From a virus (Duplodnaviria; Caudoviricetes): a stretch of 26,038 bases of DNA. Both the position numbers and the translations under genes were made by a program. The stretch lies in IMG/VR virus record IMGVR_UViG_3300044724_009212, positions 1-26,038 of that record, one strand, 5' to 3'. Below the pieces are notes generated by a model. The model made no database searches. It was not told the origin of the DNA and worked only from the letters and a program-made list of their open reading frames with translations. Shown here one piece after another: positions 14,488-24,526 of the stretch (position 1 is the stretch's first letter; each line of letters starts with the position of its first letter).

Positions 14488-17400
14488 CAGTCCTTACTCC
14501 CATTCTAGCGGTGTAAGCATCGGTAGAATCAATCCTCTCAGGAGTAGACTTTCTAAACACTTCCGGCAGAAAGTCCTGAGCTGAAGCTTGCCTTGCTCTC
14601 GGTATTAATAATCGCCCAAGACCTACCCCTTGCATCGCAGCATTGTAAGTATCATGGTTTGAAGGAACTTGCCCGCCTGTGATCAGCCCTACATTGGTCG
14701 TCTGCATTAAGCTTTGCTGATTAAACATTTCAGGGTCAGAGATTGCAGCCCTCATCTCCATATTATGCAAAGCACCATCGACTTGCCTTACCCCTGCATC
14801 TTTTTGCTTAGGGCTGGGTCGGTTTACCATATCAAATACATTATTAATGGTTTTCCTCTGTGGACCCGTTAGCTTGCCCAAGTAGCCATCAATATCCTCT
14901 ATATCAATGTCAAAGTCAGGGACTTTGACTTGATCCTGATCTTTAGCTAGATGCCCCTTCCCCCCATTACGGACTAGGCTATTTACATACCTCTTATCCT
15001 TTTTGCTCATGGCTACTTGAGAATATCTCATATGTAATGCTGGAGCCATTGTTGGAAAGTCTACTGAGGTTGGTGCCATCTCCATTGGAATAACCAGCAT
15101 ATCTTCATTGCCCAGGTCCCGCTTGCGGTTAAGCATGGACGTCATGGCATTCTGTTCATTCGCCCAAACTGCATCAGGTGACGCTTGGTCGAACATATAA
15201 TCTCTACCACCGCCCAGCCTTAAAGGCTTCTTAAACTCAACCCCCTTGATTCCATGTATAACATGACCAGCTGGGGTACGATCACTCATGGTTATCAATG
15301 CGTTTTTTCCGAAGTGCTCCGTTAAGTTAATATTGGGAACATCATACTTTGCTCTTTGCACATCAACCGAAAGATCACCTAGTACCTTATCTAAAAACTT
15401 AGGAGCAGTAATATTTTCGGTCGAAAATCCTGTCTCTACCCCTCTTGGCTGAAGAATCGCTTTTGATGGAGGTGAGTAATTGTTCTTAACATTCCACCAA
15501 TCGAAAGAGATGCCGTCTCTACCCGTCTCAACCATTCCGGCAGCTCGAAATAAATCGAAGCTACGGATCGCATGATTGTTCTTTCGGGTATCCATGAACC
15601 GCTGGAGTTTTGGGTCTTTCATCTTTTGGCCCGACTCCCGCAGTCCAAAAAGTGCGGTGATTAACTCGTTCTCACTTTGCCCAAGTGGATTGATTCTACC
15701 CTGTGGGTCATTCCTCGCTTGTTGAGCAACCAGCCTTGCTTGTTCCATCAATCCATCGGGGTCAGTTACCAAGCCCTCACGAACTAAAGCATCCAAGTTC
15801 ATCCTCAGATACTTCTCATCAATGACTTGTAGCTGGATTTGTGGGCTACCGCTTTTGATTTTATTTACCTCAAACGCTAGAGGGGTAAAAAACCGCTCCT
15901 CCACATCAGTATGCCCATAAATGGATGGCTTACTTGAACGATAAAAGGCTGCCATTTGCCTCACAGAATTAATTGCTGTCGCTATCTTTTGAAGCTCCGC
16001 ACGGACTCTGCCCTTTGGGTCTTTTCGACCATTATCGGTGATAAGGTTGTAGATGTTATCAGGTATCTCCTTACCCACTAATCTACCCCTTTCGGCAACC
16101 ATCCCCCTACCCGATTTACGAAGATCGCTCTTAGCACTATCGGCTTTGTCTTTAGCTTCATTAAACTTTCGCTCAGCTTGCCTAGACTCAGCTTGCTTTA
16201 CCGGATCATCAGGATTTTCAGATGCATCCTTCTTCGCTTTGTTGCGATCCCTACGAGCAAGCTTTAGTTCGTTATCAGCCATTGTGGATTGTAGCTGTAA
16301 GTCAGCATCCATATCAGGGCTAGTGGATGACTCTCTAAGATTTAATTCGTCCATCAGCCCTTGCTTAGCTGCCTTATCTCTTGGAAGAAAAATCTTAGAC
16401 TCCTCCATCGTAATACCATCAGCCCCGTAAGATTCAGTAAATGCTTGGTCAGGAGTTTTGTTTCGGGGAATCCTGATTTTGCTTTGAATCATTTCAGCCC
16501 GATCAACCTTTTGCTTATCAAGCTGGTTGAGGTAGTTTGAGTAAAGGTTAGCTAGGGTTCTATCCCTCTTCACTATTGGGGCAGCACTTTTGCTTAGTGG
16601 ATTACCTGTAATTGGGTCTACTGCCCCGAACAGAGAAAGTACCTTTTCACCCGCTGATAAAAACTTATCGGTTATGGATGGGTGGAGCGCCTTCATGGCA
16701 TTTGGCTGATTTTGTAACATCAGCGAGAAGCTGTGTGCTCCTAGTTCCTGAGCTAAACGATCCGCACTGTCATTAATTCCAAGGTTCTGTGCATCTTCAC
16801 CGAACAATGCGTCATAAGCTGTGGCAAACTTCTTGGCTTTCTCATTAAGCATTATGGTTTCAATTGGCTTACCAAATGAGTCACGAAGGAAAACAAAAGG
16901 GTAACCATCCTCACCCTTCTTTGCTCGATAACCCTCTAGGATTCGATGTGCAAACAAGGGATCATTTTTGATCCCTTGAGTAATAAAGTGGTGACCCAAT
17001 TCTTCGGTAACAATTGCAAGGGCTTCCTTGCTACCCTTCGACATATCCCCGTCTTCATTGATATAAATTCTATTCTCAATCGGATCATGCTCAGCATTGG
17101 GTACCTTCTTAATGTCAGGGTATTTTGACCGCAGAAGGTTTAGGTAATTCTCACCACTCAGAAAGACCAAGCTTGGGGACGGAACCCCAGCTTCTTCAAG
17201 AGTAGAGAAGGCAAGCTTTGCTTCAGGGCTAAGTTTTCTAAATGCTTGTAGCTGGTTATCGACTAGCTTCGATTCTAGGAAACGAATGCTGCTGGCATCT
17301 CTAGCAGCCTGTGTTTTACCAGCCTTCATACCGGGCTGATTCATTACACCCATAGCACCCGATACTGCACCCTGACCAAATGCTTGCCCTGATTCCTCAG

Positions 17401-18538
17401 GACCCCCTCCAGCAGCATAAGCTAAAGCAGCATTCAATGTGGCTACACTTGTGCCATTAACGATTCCATTAAACATCATGTCCCCAAGTCTAGTACCACC
17501 AGCCTTGTGTGCTAGGAGTGCAGCTTGCCTACCAGCCTTTGTATCGGCAGTTACAGCAAGCCTTTGCAAGAACCTTTTCTGACCAGCTTCAGTACCAAGA
17601 GCAGAGAGAATAGATTCCATACCCTTGCCTGTATGCTTAGCCAGCTTTGGAGCGAATGCCGTGAATGTACCAAGACCAGCACCAAGGAATGGGTTTACTG
17701 TAGAAGCTACATAGCCCCCTACTCCAGCCCCGGTGATAGCACTCTTTAAACCTTCCGCTTTTTTACCAAGGCTACTTATTCCACCAGCAACTTTAGCACC
17801 TTTTTTTGCAACCTCTTTTACGATATAACGCCCTCCTTTTGCCAGCCCTTTGGCTGGCAAGGAGGTCGCCTTTTCCACCGCATCCATCATTTTAGCCATC
17901 TTGCCCAGCTTGGCAGATTTTAGGGTAATAGAACCTAATCTAGCTGCTGGGCCAATAAAAGGGACAAGGATTGTAGGGTCTACAAAGTTAGCTCCGAATG
18001 AAACAAAGGATGGTGCATCGGTTGTATATTCCTCTACAAGTTTAGGTCGAGCGTTTTGGTAGTATTCAAAATTGTCTTTGTAACGATTATACTCGTTAAG
18101 CATTGCCTCGTCATCATTGGCAAAAATCATATCGGAGGCTGCTCCAGCAACTGTTGAGTAGAATTGCTTAATATCCTCACTACCCACATCGAATACGCCT
18201 TTTAATTCGTCCCATCCAACATTGCCTCTATATACTTCCTTGATCGCATTCTTGCCTTCTTCAATTAAGGCACTGCCCCCCATCAACGCACTCTCACCAA
18301 AGGCATATGTCTTTTCAATGAGTGATCGCTTATCGTTCTGAGTTTGAGCAGCTTTATACTCTTCAAAACTCATCGGGCTTGTTGCCACATCCTTCTCAAG
18401 CTGGTTGATTAGGTCTGAGTAATCAGGTTCTTCTGCCCTCGATATTTGTGGATTTTGTTCCAACAAGGAGTCTATTTCATCGGAAGCCATTGCACCCGAT
18501 TCCAAAGCTTCAATCAAAGCACTGTAGTCTTTAGCCAT
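14447..18538 (-). CDS. Large internal virion / DNA ejection (polyvalent-type) protein
   Basis: 1363 aa, last gene of the virion operon. Gly/Ala-rich hydrophobic helices, a zincin-like EELGHH..QELGA segment and a distinct C-terminal domain. Confidence 0.8.
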   Translation of the reverse strand: MAKDYSALIEALESGAMASDEIDSLLEQNPQISRAEEPDYSDLINQLEKDVATSPMSFEEYKAAQTQNDKRSLIEKTYAFGESALMGGSALIEEGKNAIKEVYRGNVGWDELKGVFDVGSEDIKQFYSTVAGAASDMIFANDDEAMLNEYNRYKDNFEYYQNARPKLVEEYTTDAPSFVSFGANFVDPTILVPFIGPAARLGSITLKSAKLGKMAKMMDAVEKATSLPAKGLAKGGRYIVKEVAKKGAKVAGGISSLGKKAEGLKSAITGAGVGGYVASTVNPFLGAGLGTFTAFAPKLAKHTGKGMESILSALGTEAGQKRFLQRLAVTADTKAGRQAALLAHKAGGTRLGDMMFNGIVNGTSVATLNAALAYAAGGGPEESGQAFGQGAVSGAMGVMNQPGMKAGKTQAARDASSIRFLESKLVDNQLQAFRKLSPEAKLAFSTLEEAGVPSPSLVFLSGENYLNLLRSKYPDIKKVPNAEHDPIENRIYINEDGDMSKGSKEALAIVTEELGHHFITQGIKNDPLFAHRILEGYRAKKGEDGYPFVFLRDSFGKPIETIMLNEKAKKFATAYDALFGEDAQNLGINDSADRLAQELGAHSFSLMLQNQPNAMKALHPSITDKFLSAGEKVLSLFGAVDPITGNPLSKSAAPIVKRDRTLANLYSNYLNQLDKQKVDRAEMIQSKIRIPRNKTPDQAFTESYGADGITMEESKIFLPRDKAAKQGLMDELNLRESSTSPDMDADLQLQSTMADNELKLARRDRNKAKKDASENPDDPVKQAESRQAERKFNEAKDKADSAKSDLRKSGRGMVAERGRLVGKEIPDNIYNLITDNGRKDPKGRVRAELQKIATAINSVRQMAAFYRSSKPSIYGHTDVEERFFTPLAFEVNKIKSGSPQIQLQVIDEKYLRMNLDALVREGLVTDPDGLMEQARLVAQQARNDPQGRINPLGQSENELITALFGLRESGQKMKDPKLQRFMDTRKNNHAIRSFDLFRAAGMVETGRDGISFDWWNVKNNYSPPSKAILQPRGVETGFSTENITAPKFLDKVLGDLSVDVQRAKYDVPNINLTEHFGKNALITMSDRTPAGHVIHGIKGVEFKKPLRLGGGRDYMFDQASPDAVWANEQNAMTSMLNRKRDLGNEDMLVIPMEMAPTSVDFPTMAPALHMRYSQVAMSKKDKRYVNSLVRNGGKGHLAKDQDQVKVPDFDIDIEDIDGYLGKLTGPQRKTINNVFDMVNRPSPKQKDAGVRQVDGALHNMEMRAAISDPEMFNQQSLMQTTNVGLITGGQVPSNHDTYNAAMQGVGLGRLLIPRARQASAQDFLPEVFRKSTPERIDSTDAYTARMGVRTARIDEDLLSRLGY

Positions 18539-20019
18539 TACTTGCGAGTGGATTGCTTCTGAAGGAGGTTCAGCACTCGTTGCTCATCAGGGGTCAAAGG
18601 TTGTCCGGCTTTTGCTTTTTCGAGCACTTCGTTTTTAAGTTGAACCAAGTCAGGGCTAAGAGTCTTCGTACCACTAGGAGTAGCATTAATTAACTCGTTA
18701 TTCTTGGTAGACTTACTTCCATCGCTATCTTTCAGCCCTTCCAATCTGTTGGTTAAATCATTCTCAGGTTCCTTCAGCCATGCTCTAGCTTTACGCTGAA
18801 TTTCGGTTGGAGATACATCATCAATTTCAAGCTCCTCTACATAGTCTGCCAACTTTTGGTCACGATCTGCTTTAGCAATAAAGTAATTAAGCATGATGCG
18901 GTTACCTTCCTTAGTCTGAACAATGCCGGGGTTTATACTGCGGAAGATTTTCATCTCACTATCAGAGATTGAACCCTTAGTCTTTTGAATAGAATCAAAC
19001 AGGAAGTTACCTGTGGCAGACATAAATGCCTCAGTATCCCCAATCTCCCTAAGAGCGCCTTCACTCAGAGGCACTCCTATTGAATTAGCTAATTTAAGAA
19101 AACTGATCTTTGCCTCTGTTAATCCACCCGTCTCGATATTATCTAAACGACCTAGTGCGTCCTTTGCTGTCTCCTTTGTAGCGAGACTGGACTGTGCTTG
19201 TTCAAATACAGAATCAGCAAATTTTAATCCTCTATCATTTCTTGCAGCGGTAGTATTAATTTGCTCCTCTTCTTCAGGGGTGCGGTACCGCCTTGGCTGA
19301 CTTGGGGCTTCTCCAACTACTGATGTTGGTTGCCCTTTACTGTTCAGATTAACCACCTGACTTTTTCCTGTAGCTGGATCGACTATAGTAGTTCTACCAG
19401 CAACCTTACCTGATTCATCTATACGCTTTTGAAAAGACTGCATTAGATTAAGTGCCGCCTCAGGATTTACACTTGCTCCAGCTATATTAGGCATAGAGGG
19501 AAAAAACTTTTTTATAGGAGCTACCCCCTGTTCATCGGGTTTAAATAAGCCTCGAATAAAATCACTTTTACTTGCTTGGTCTGCTATACTTTTGGATTTT
19601 TCAGAGATACCTAAAGATGCAAGTGTTTGATTAAGTTGAGCCGTTTGACGGCTCAACTCCTCCTGACGATCCATGCGGTCACGGGCATCTAGAGTAACAA
19701 GGGAACCAAGCAATGCTTCTTTTTTAGAATGAGGAAGTTCTCCCTGAATAAACTTTTCCAGCGATTTACCAAGTGGGTTCTCGCCTGAAGTAATTTCAGC
19801 CTTCCTTTTATCACTCATACCCTGAAGGATTGCTCCGATCTGCATATCGGCTGCTTCGCCTTTCTTTTTGTTTTCCCCGTAGGTTTTAAAAGCATCTCCA
19901 GCTACTTTCCCCAGGTTTTCAAATGCATCGCGGTATGCGCGACCTGGTGCGGTCGCGGCTTGCATATCCATCTTTGCGATCTTGGTGTCGTTGCGTCCGT
20001 AAAATGGTGTTCTTGCCAT
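18538..20019 (-). CDS. Internal virion / ejection protein (P22 gp20-like position)
   Basis: 493 aa, helical, with KGSISDSEMKIF..P...TKEGN; middle gene of the ejection trio. Confidence 0.75.
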   Translation of the reverse strand: MARTPFYGRNDTKIAKMDMQAATAPGRAYRDAFENLGKVAGDAFKTYGENKKKGEAADMQIGAILQGMSDKRKAEITSGENPLGKSLEKFIQGELPHSKKEALLGSLVTLDARDRMDRQEELSRQTAQLNQTLASLGISEKSKSIADQASKSDFIRGLFKPDEQGVAPIKKFFPSMPNIAGASVNPEAALNLMQSFQKRIDESGKVAGRTTIVDPATGKSQVVNLNSKGQPTSVVGEAPSQPRRYRTPEEEEQINTTAARNDRGLKFADSVFEQAQSSLATKETAKDALGRLDNIETGGLTEAKISFLKLANSIGVPLSEGALREIGDTEAFMSATGNFLFDSIQKTKGSISDSEMKIFRSINPGIVQTKEGNRIMLNYFIAKADRDQKLADYVEELEIDDVSPTEIQRKARAWLKEPENDLTNRLEGLKDSDGSKSTKNNELINATPSGTKTLSPDLVQLKNEVLEKAKAGQPLTPDEQRVLNLLQKQSTRK

Positions 20020-20024
20020 AATGT

Positions 20025-22538
20025 TTATCCTCCAAATCTTCCGTGGAATAACCCTCCACCAAGCGAACCTAGTCCGCCCATTAACCCGCTGAACATACCA
20101 GCCCGGTTGGCCGCAGTTGCGGTTCTCGCATCCATGATGTTCTGCTGATTACTTGCGGCAAGCGAGCCAGCATAAGAACTTTCGGGATTGAATATTGCGG
20201 GTGATGAATCTAATGCGAACCCGCTTGAACCAAATCCTTGTTGGGCCATCATTGGCGCGGTTCCCGATCTACCTGTGAGTGCCATGAGTGGATCGAAGTT
20301 GCCCATAGCGTAGGCGGCAGATGCGTTTTGCAGTCCTTGTTGGCGAGCGGATTGTTGGTTAGCGATTGCTCGCTCATAGTCGCCCATAAGAGCGGCTTCC
20401 AAGCCTATTCTGCCTGACAACGCACCAGCGTAGTCTTGCTCCATTCTGCGGCCAAAGTCTTCACGCTGTCCAAGGGCAGATGTGAATCTGTTTAAACCTC
20501 TATCGCTATAACCTTCTTGCTGACCTAGAGCTTGAGCATAGTCGCTAGTTGCTGTGCGGTCATAGTCTTGGCTTAATCCTTCAGCGGTCGCAAAGTCTTG
20601 CATTCCACCTCGTTGGTATTGATCGCCTTGCCCGACAAGGTTTGTGTAGTCGCTAAGTTTACCTCTTTGATAGTCGTCCTGGAGTGTCTTGACTCCTGTG
20701 TAATCTTGCATTCCGGCTCGGCGATATTCATCGCCTTGGCCGACAAGGTTGGTGTAATCACCTAGCGATCTGCGATCATACCCTTCACTCATTCCTAGAG
20801 CTTGCGACAATGCGTCTCTTCGCTGGTTACGGATGCCTCGGTCTGCGGATAGCTTTTGTCCGATTTGATCCGCTAGTGTGCTAGAGCTATCCTCCATCCC
20901 ACGGGATGCGGCTCCTTCTAATACTCGTTGGTCTAGGTCACGGGACTCTAGGGCAGATAACCCTTCACCACTTAAATAATCTTCACGGGCTTGATTAACA
21001 ATCTCTCCGTATGGATTGCTGTCCATGCGACTACGTGCATTAACCTGTAGTTCGTCATAGGGGTTGGTCTGCAATCTTTCGGATGCCATCTGCTCGATGT
21101 TGCCAAATGGGTCTTGTCCTAAAGAGGATTGGGCGTTGGCAGTTACCTCTGAGTAGGGATCAGCATCGAGGCGAGCAGATGATTTATCGCGCAAACGAGC
21201 ATAGGGGTCTTCCCCTCTTCTCGCCTGTGCATCACTTACCAAAGAGTCGTATGGGTTACTTTCCCTAGCCTGAGCGGCTTCGTCAATCAATCGATCATAC
21301 TGCGCACCTCTCTCTAGCCCTACTTTTGCACGATTAACTAATGGGTCGTATGCATTTTTGTTTTCGTAAAGGCGTTCTTGTTGTGCTTCAGCTATTCCTT
21401 TGAATTGCGCATCACCATCTTTTAAACCTTGCTCGGCTTGACCCATGATTGATTGGCGTAAGCCTTCGGCCCGTGGATCGGCAGATCGTACCGCTTCGGC
21501 AAACTGCTGACCCAGCCCACCGATCATATCAATGTCTGCCATAGTGCTATCCCGCTGAATATCTTTTTGCGCACCGCTGATTTGGCGAAAGGCATCGAGT
21601 AGATTAGTGTCAGGACTTAGTCCTAACTGATTCATCATAATACCCCGTTCAAGATCGGCATACTGCGGACGATACTGTGCTTCGCTTTCGTAGAGTTGTG
21701 GCGCTAACTCGACTTGCGCTTCTAAAGTGTCTCTTGTTTCTGCACCATAGTCTCTAGGCGGCCCAGCTTCTACATCCCCTTTTTTGTAGCTAGGAATACC
21801 ACCAGCGGCTGTCATGCCGGACCCGCCCAATGCTTTAAGCACAGCTTCCTCTTGCGGGTTAATAAATGCTAGGCGTTCACCTGGAGGTGCTTGCTTGTTC
21901 AACTGCTTTGCCGCCTTCTTTAGCTTGGGGTCTTTGATCGCATCTTCCTGTGGATTGTCGGGATCGAACGATGGAACCTGTGTTTTGTTTTTAGGCATAA
22001 CTGTAAGCGAATCACCTAAATTGTTTTTAGGCATAACTGTAAGCGAATCACCTGTATTGTTTTTAGGCATAACTGCAAGCGAACTAAAACCTCCTCCTGT
22101 ATTGTTTTTAGGCATAACTGCAGCGGACATACCGCCACCTAAATTGCTTTGAGGCATAGGAGAGACACCACCTTTCGATGAAAACCTTTGGCTTAACTGA
22201 CCATTAAATTGCTGGCCAGCTACACGATTCTCAGGAGTGTCCGCAACTGATGGCATATCCATTGGGGATGCATAACTTCTTGGTGCGAAGCTGGGAGATG
22301 CATAGGCAACTCCACCGCCACCATATTCGCCATATGAGTTATATGGTTGAGGTGCTGGAGATACTCCACCTTTACCCATCTGTCCACCACCATACGATGG
22401 TGCTGGTGTATTGCGGTAAGTAGCGGGTGCGCGATAGGTGCTTCGAGGTGTGCCGTATCTTGACTGCTGACCTCCATACATTTGCATAGGACTATACCCT
22501 GATGCTTGCGGTGTGTAACTGTTTGCTATTCCTCCCAT
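20025..22538 (-). CDS. Pilot / ejection protein with low-complexity N-terminus and helical repeats
   Basis: 837 aa, Gln/Gly/Ala-rich, with a Gly-rich hydrophobic C-terminus (GMFSGLMGGLGSLGGG); first gene of the ejection trio. Confidence 0.75.
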   Translation of the reverse strand: MGGIANSYTPQASGYSPMQMYGGQQSRYGTPRSTYRAPATYRNTPAPSYGGGQMGKGGVSPAPQPYNSYGEYGGGGVAYASPSFAPRSYASPMDMPSVADTPENRVAGQQFNGQLSQRFSSKGGVSPMPQSNLGGGMSAAVMPKNNTGGGFSSLAVMPKNNTGDSLTVMPKNNLGDSLTVMPKNKTQVPSFDPDNPQEDAIKDPKLKKAAKQLNKQAPPGERLAFINPQEEAVLKALGGSGMTAAGGIPSYKKGDVEAGPPRDYGAETRDTLEAQVELAPQLYESEAQYRPQYADLERGIMMNQLGLSPDTNLLDAFRQISGAQKDIQRDSTMADIDMIGGLGQQFAEAVRSADPRAEGLRQSIMGQAEQGLKDGDAQFKGIAEAQQERLYENKNAYDPLVNRAKVGLERGAQYDRLIDEAAQARESNPYDSLVSDAQARRGEDPYARLRDKSSARLDADPYSEVTANAQSSLGQDPFGNIEQMASERLQTNPYDELQVNARSRMDSNPYGEIVNQAREDYLSGEGLSALESRDLDQRVLEGAASRGMEDSSSTLADQIGQKLSADRGIRNQRRDALSQALGMSEGYDRRSLGDYTNLVGQGDEYRRAGMQDYTGVKTLQDDYQRGKLSDYTNLVGQGDQYQRGGMQDFATAEGLSQDYDRTATSDYAQALGQQEGYSDRGLNRFTSALGQREDFGRRMEQDYAGALSGRIGLEAALMGDYERAIANQQSARQQGLQNASAAYAMGNFDPLMALTGRSGTAPMMAQQGFGSSGFALDSSPAIFNPESSYAGSLAASNQQNIMDARTATAANRAGMFSGLMGGLGSLGGGLFHGRFGG
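21985..22120 (-). repeat. In-frame coding repeat, four copies of VMPKN
   Basis: TTGTTTTTAGGCATAACTG at 21985, 22021, 22057 and 22102 (spacing 36, 36, 45). Confidence 0.9.
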
Positions 22539-22918
22539 TACTTACTCACTTTTCTATACATTGTTTCCCAATTATAAGTTCTTAATTCAGTCTCCCCGTT
22601 CTCGGTGACTCTGCGGAACATAACCTTCGGTAAGGGTTCCACTATATCCATCATGGATTTTAAATATCCTCGCCCAGCCGCCCAGCGCACATACCAAGCA
22701 TCGGGCTTTTGTGCATACCATTGTCCGCTTGGATCGATGCTAGAATCGATTGGCTTCAGCATCATAAACATGGATGGCGTGGAGAACACTAAACCGCCCA
22801 CCAGGTAGTTATTAAGCTCGCGGATAAACAAGGTCTTATCCTCGTACAATGCCGCTATCTGCTCGAAGGGCGGAAAGTCCTTGAGCTTGTTGATTAGTTC
22901 TGTCTTTAGCTGGCCCAT
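22538..22918 (-). CDS. Small virion-assembly protein, possibly GNAT-like (T7 gp13 / P22 gp14 position)
   Basis: 126-aa alpha/beta protein (DAWYVRWAAG) immediately before the ejection genes. Confidence 0.55.
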   Translation of the reverse strand: MGQLKTELINKLKDFPPFEQIAALYEDKTLFIRELNNYLVGGLVFSTPSMFMMLKPIDSSIDPSGQWYAQKPDAWYVRWAAGRGYLKSMMDIVEPLPKVMFRRVTENGETELRTYNWETMYRKVSK

Positions 22919-22974
22919 TATGCGATGGCGGTGTTAAGAAAGCTGGAGATGGAGTCGATCATCTAGTTTATTAC

Positions 22975-24522
22975 CTAGTAAGTTGTAACCTTGACCGTTG
23001 CGGTAAGGTTGCATGAGGTGGCTGCGGAATTTCTGATTACTTTCAGGTAGAAAAATGTACCGTTTGTCATGACTTTCTGATACTTGACACGGGAGGAACC
23101 TCTTGTACCCGCTGTACTATTTCTTCCTGTCTCAGCACCAACTACTAGAGTGGTCATACTAACAGTACCATTACTCGTCTTAGTTACACCCGTTTCGCTT
23201 GAACAGCTAATTAGCTCTAACCGGAAACTATCTTCCGAACCCTCATCGGTGTCTTGCAAAGCTGCATCTATCTCTAAAATACAAGTACCGCTTGCGGGTA
23301 TCTTGAACATTTTAAATGTACCACCATCACCTACTGCTTGGTCGATCTTAGTAGCATTTGATGAAGTAGTATCTATACCTTCGCTAAAATCATTAACTGA
23401 TATTTTATCAGTAACATTGTAAAGTATAGGTGCTGTGTGATAAGAGTGAATCTCAGGAGTTAAATCTACCGTACCACTACTTGCCGCTGTAATCCGCCCC
23501 TGTGCATCTACTGTTAGATTAGTGTTAGTGTAGGTTCCAGCAATTACTGTTGTGTTTCCCAATGCTATCGTACCTGAACTTGTAATAGGACCACCTGATA
23601 GTCCCGTGCCTGTTGCTATTGATGTTACTGTACCTGTGTTAGTTGTGTAGCCAGCGCCATTAGTTAGCTGATTATTATTAGTTGGAATCGTGGGCTTATT
23701 TTTAATAAACGCATCACCTGTGGTTGCGGTCCAATCGCTTTGGACATTTACCTCTGCACCCGCCGCAATGCCTGTAAGTTTATTTTTCTCTGCATCAGTA
23801 AATGCATTGGTGTTGGTATTAGATTCGTAAGCAGTCTTTATCTCTGATGCGGTTTGATCTGCGGTAGCTCCTGTCTCAATCCCGCTTAGTTTATTTTTCT
23901 CTGCATCGGTGAAGGCATTCGTGTCAGCATTATTTTCGTAAGCAGTTTTTATCTCCGCATCAGTTTGGTCAGCAGTTGCTCCTGTCTCAATCCCGCTTAA
24001 TTTATTTTTCTCTGCATCAGTAAATGCATTCGTGTCAGCATTATTTTCGTAAGCTGTCTTTATCTCCGCATCAGTTTGATCTGCGGTGGCGCCAGCTTCC
24101 ACATTAATCATCGTGAGTAGATCCGATGGGCTAATTTCCTCTATATTTCCAGCACCCGTACTTTTCCGACCAAGCACACGATCTGTTTCCGATACATTCT
24201 GTATTTTGGCGTAGGTCACCGCATCGGCGGCGATTTGATCAGTATCTACCGCAAGGTCCGCTATCTTGGCGTTAGTCACCGCATCGTCACGAATGTGGTT
24301 AGTGGTGACCGCTCGGACTGCATCGTTAGTGGCATCACTTTTTAAGTGGTTCGATAGTATGCCGTTATCTTTTACCTTTAAGTGTCCAGCACTAGCTACT
24401 TGGAGTGTAGAGTTATCTACTGCACCACTCACGAAAGATGCGTCATTTACTAAATCGTTTAAGGTAGATGCGGTGACATTGTCCCCGCTTTGAAATTCGT
24501 CTTGTACTTGTAGAACTGGCAT
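22975..24522 (-). CDS. Tail fibre / needle protein
   Basis: N-terminal anchor (VTASTLNDLV), AVTxAKI repeats, three 37-aa repeats, VNVQSDW, GTVTSIATGTGLSGGPIT, TVDAQGRITAASSG and a beta-rich C-terminal tip. Confidence 0.85.
   Translation of the reverse strand: MPVLQVQDEFQSGDNVTASTLNDLVNDASFVSGAVDNSTLQVASAGHLKVKDNGILSNHLKSDATNDAVRAVTTNHIRDDAVTNAKIADLAVDTDQIAADAVTYAKIQNVSETDRVLGRKSTGAGNIEEISPSDLLTMINVEAGATADQTDAEIKTAYENNADTNAFTDAEKNKLSGIETGATADQTDAEIKTAYENNADTNAFTDAEKNKLSGIETGATADQTASEIKTAYESNTNTNAFTDAEKNKLTGIAAGAEVNVQSDWTATTGDAFIKNKPTIPTNNNQLTNGAGYTTNTGTVTSIATGTGLSGGPITSSGTIALGNTTVIAGTYTNTNLTVDAQGRITAASSGTVDLTPEIHSYHTAPILYNVTDKISVNDFSEGIDTTSSNATKIDQAVGDGGTFKMFKIPASGTCILEIDAALQDTDEGSEDSFRLELISCSSETGVTKTSNGTVSMTTLVVGAETGRNSTAGTRGSSRVKYQKVMTNGTFFYLKVIRNSAATSCNLTATVKVTTY
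23760..24092 (-). repeat. Three tandem 111-bp coding repeats in the tail fibre
   Basis: GATADQTDAEIKTAYENNADTNAFTDAEKNKLSGIET three times; the first two differ mainly by synonymous changes. Confidence 0.9.
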
Positions 24523-24526
24523 AATT

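Noticed and set aside
21985-22120. CRISPR-like short direct repeats
   Set aside because: Spacings are multiples of three, the intervening sequences resemble each other, they lie in frame within a long CDS, and no cas genes are present.
23760-24092. 111-bp repeats as a DGR template/variable pair
   Set aside because: They are tandem in-frame fibre repeats with mostly synonymous differences, not adenine-specific changes, and no reverse transcriptase is in the window.
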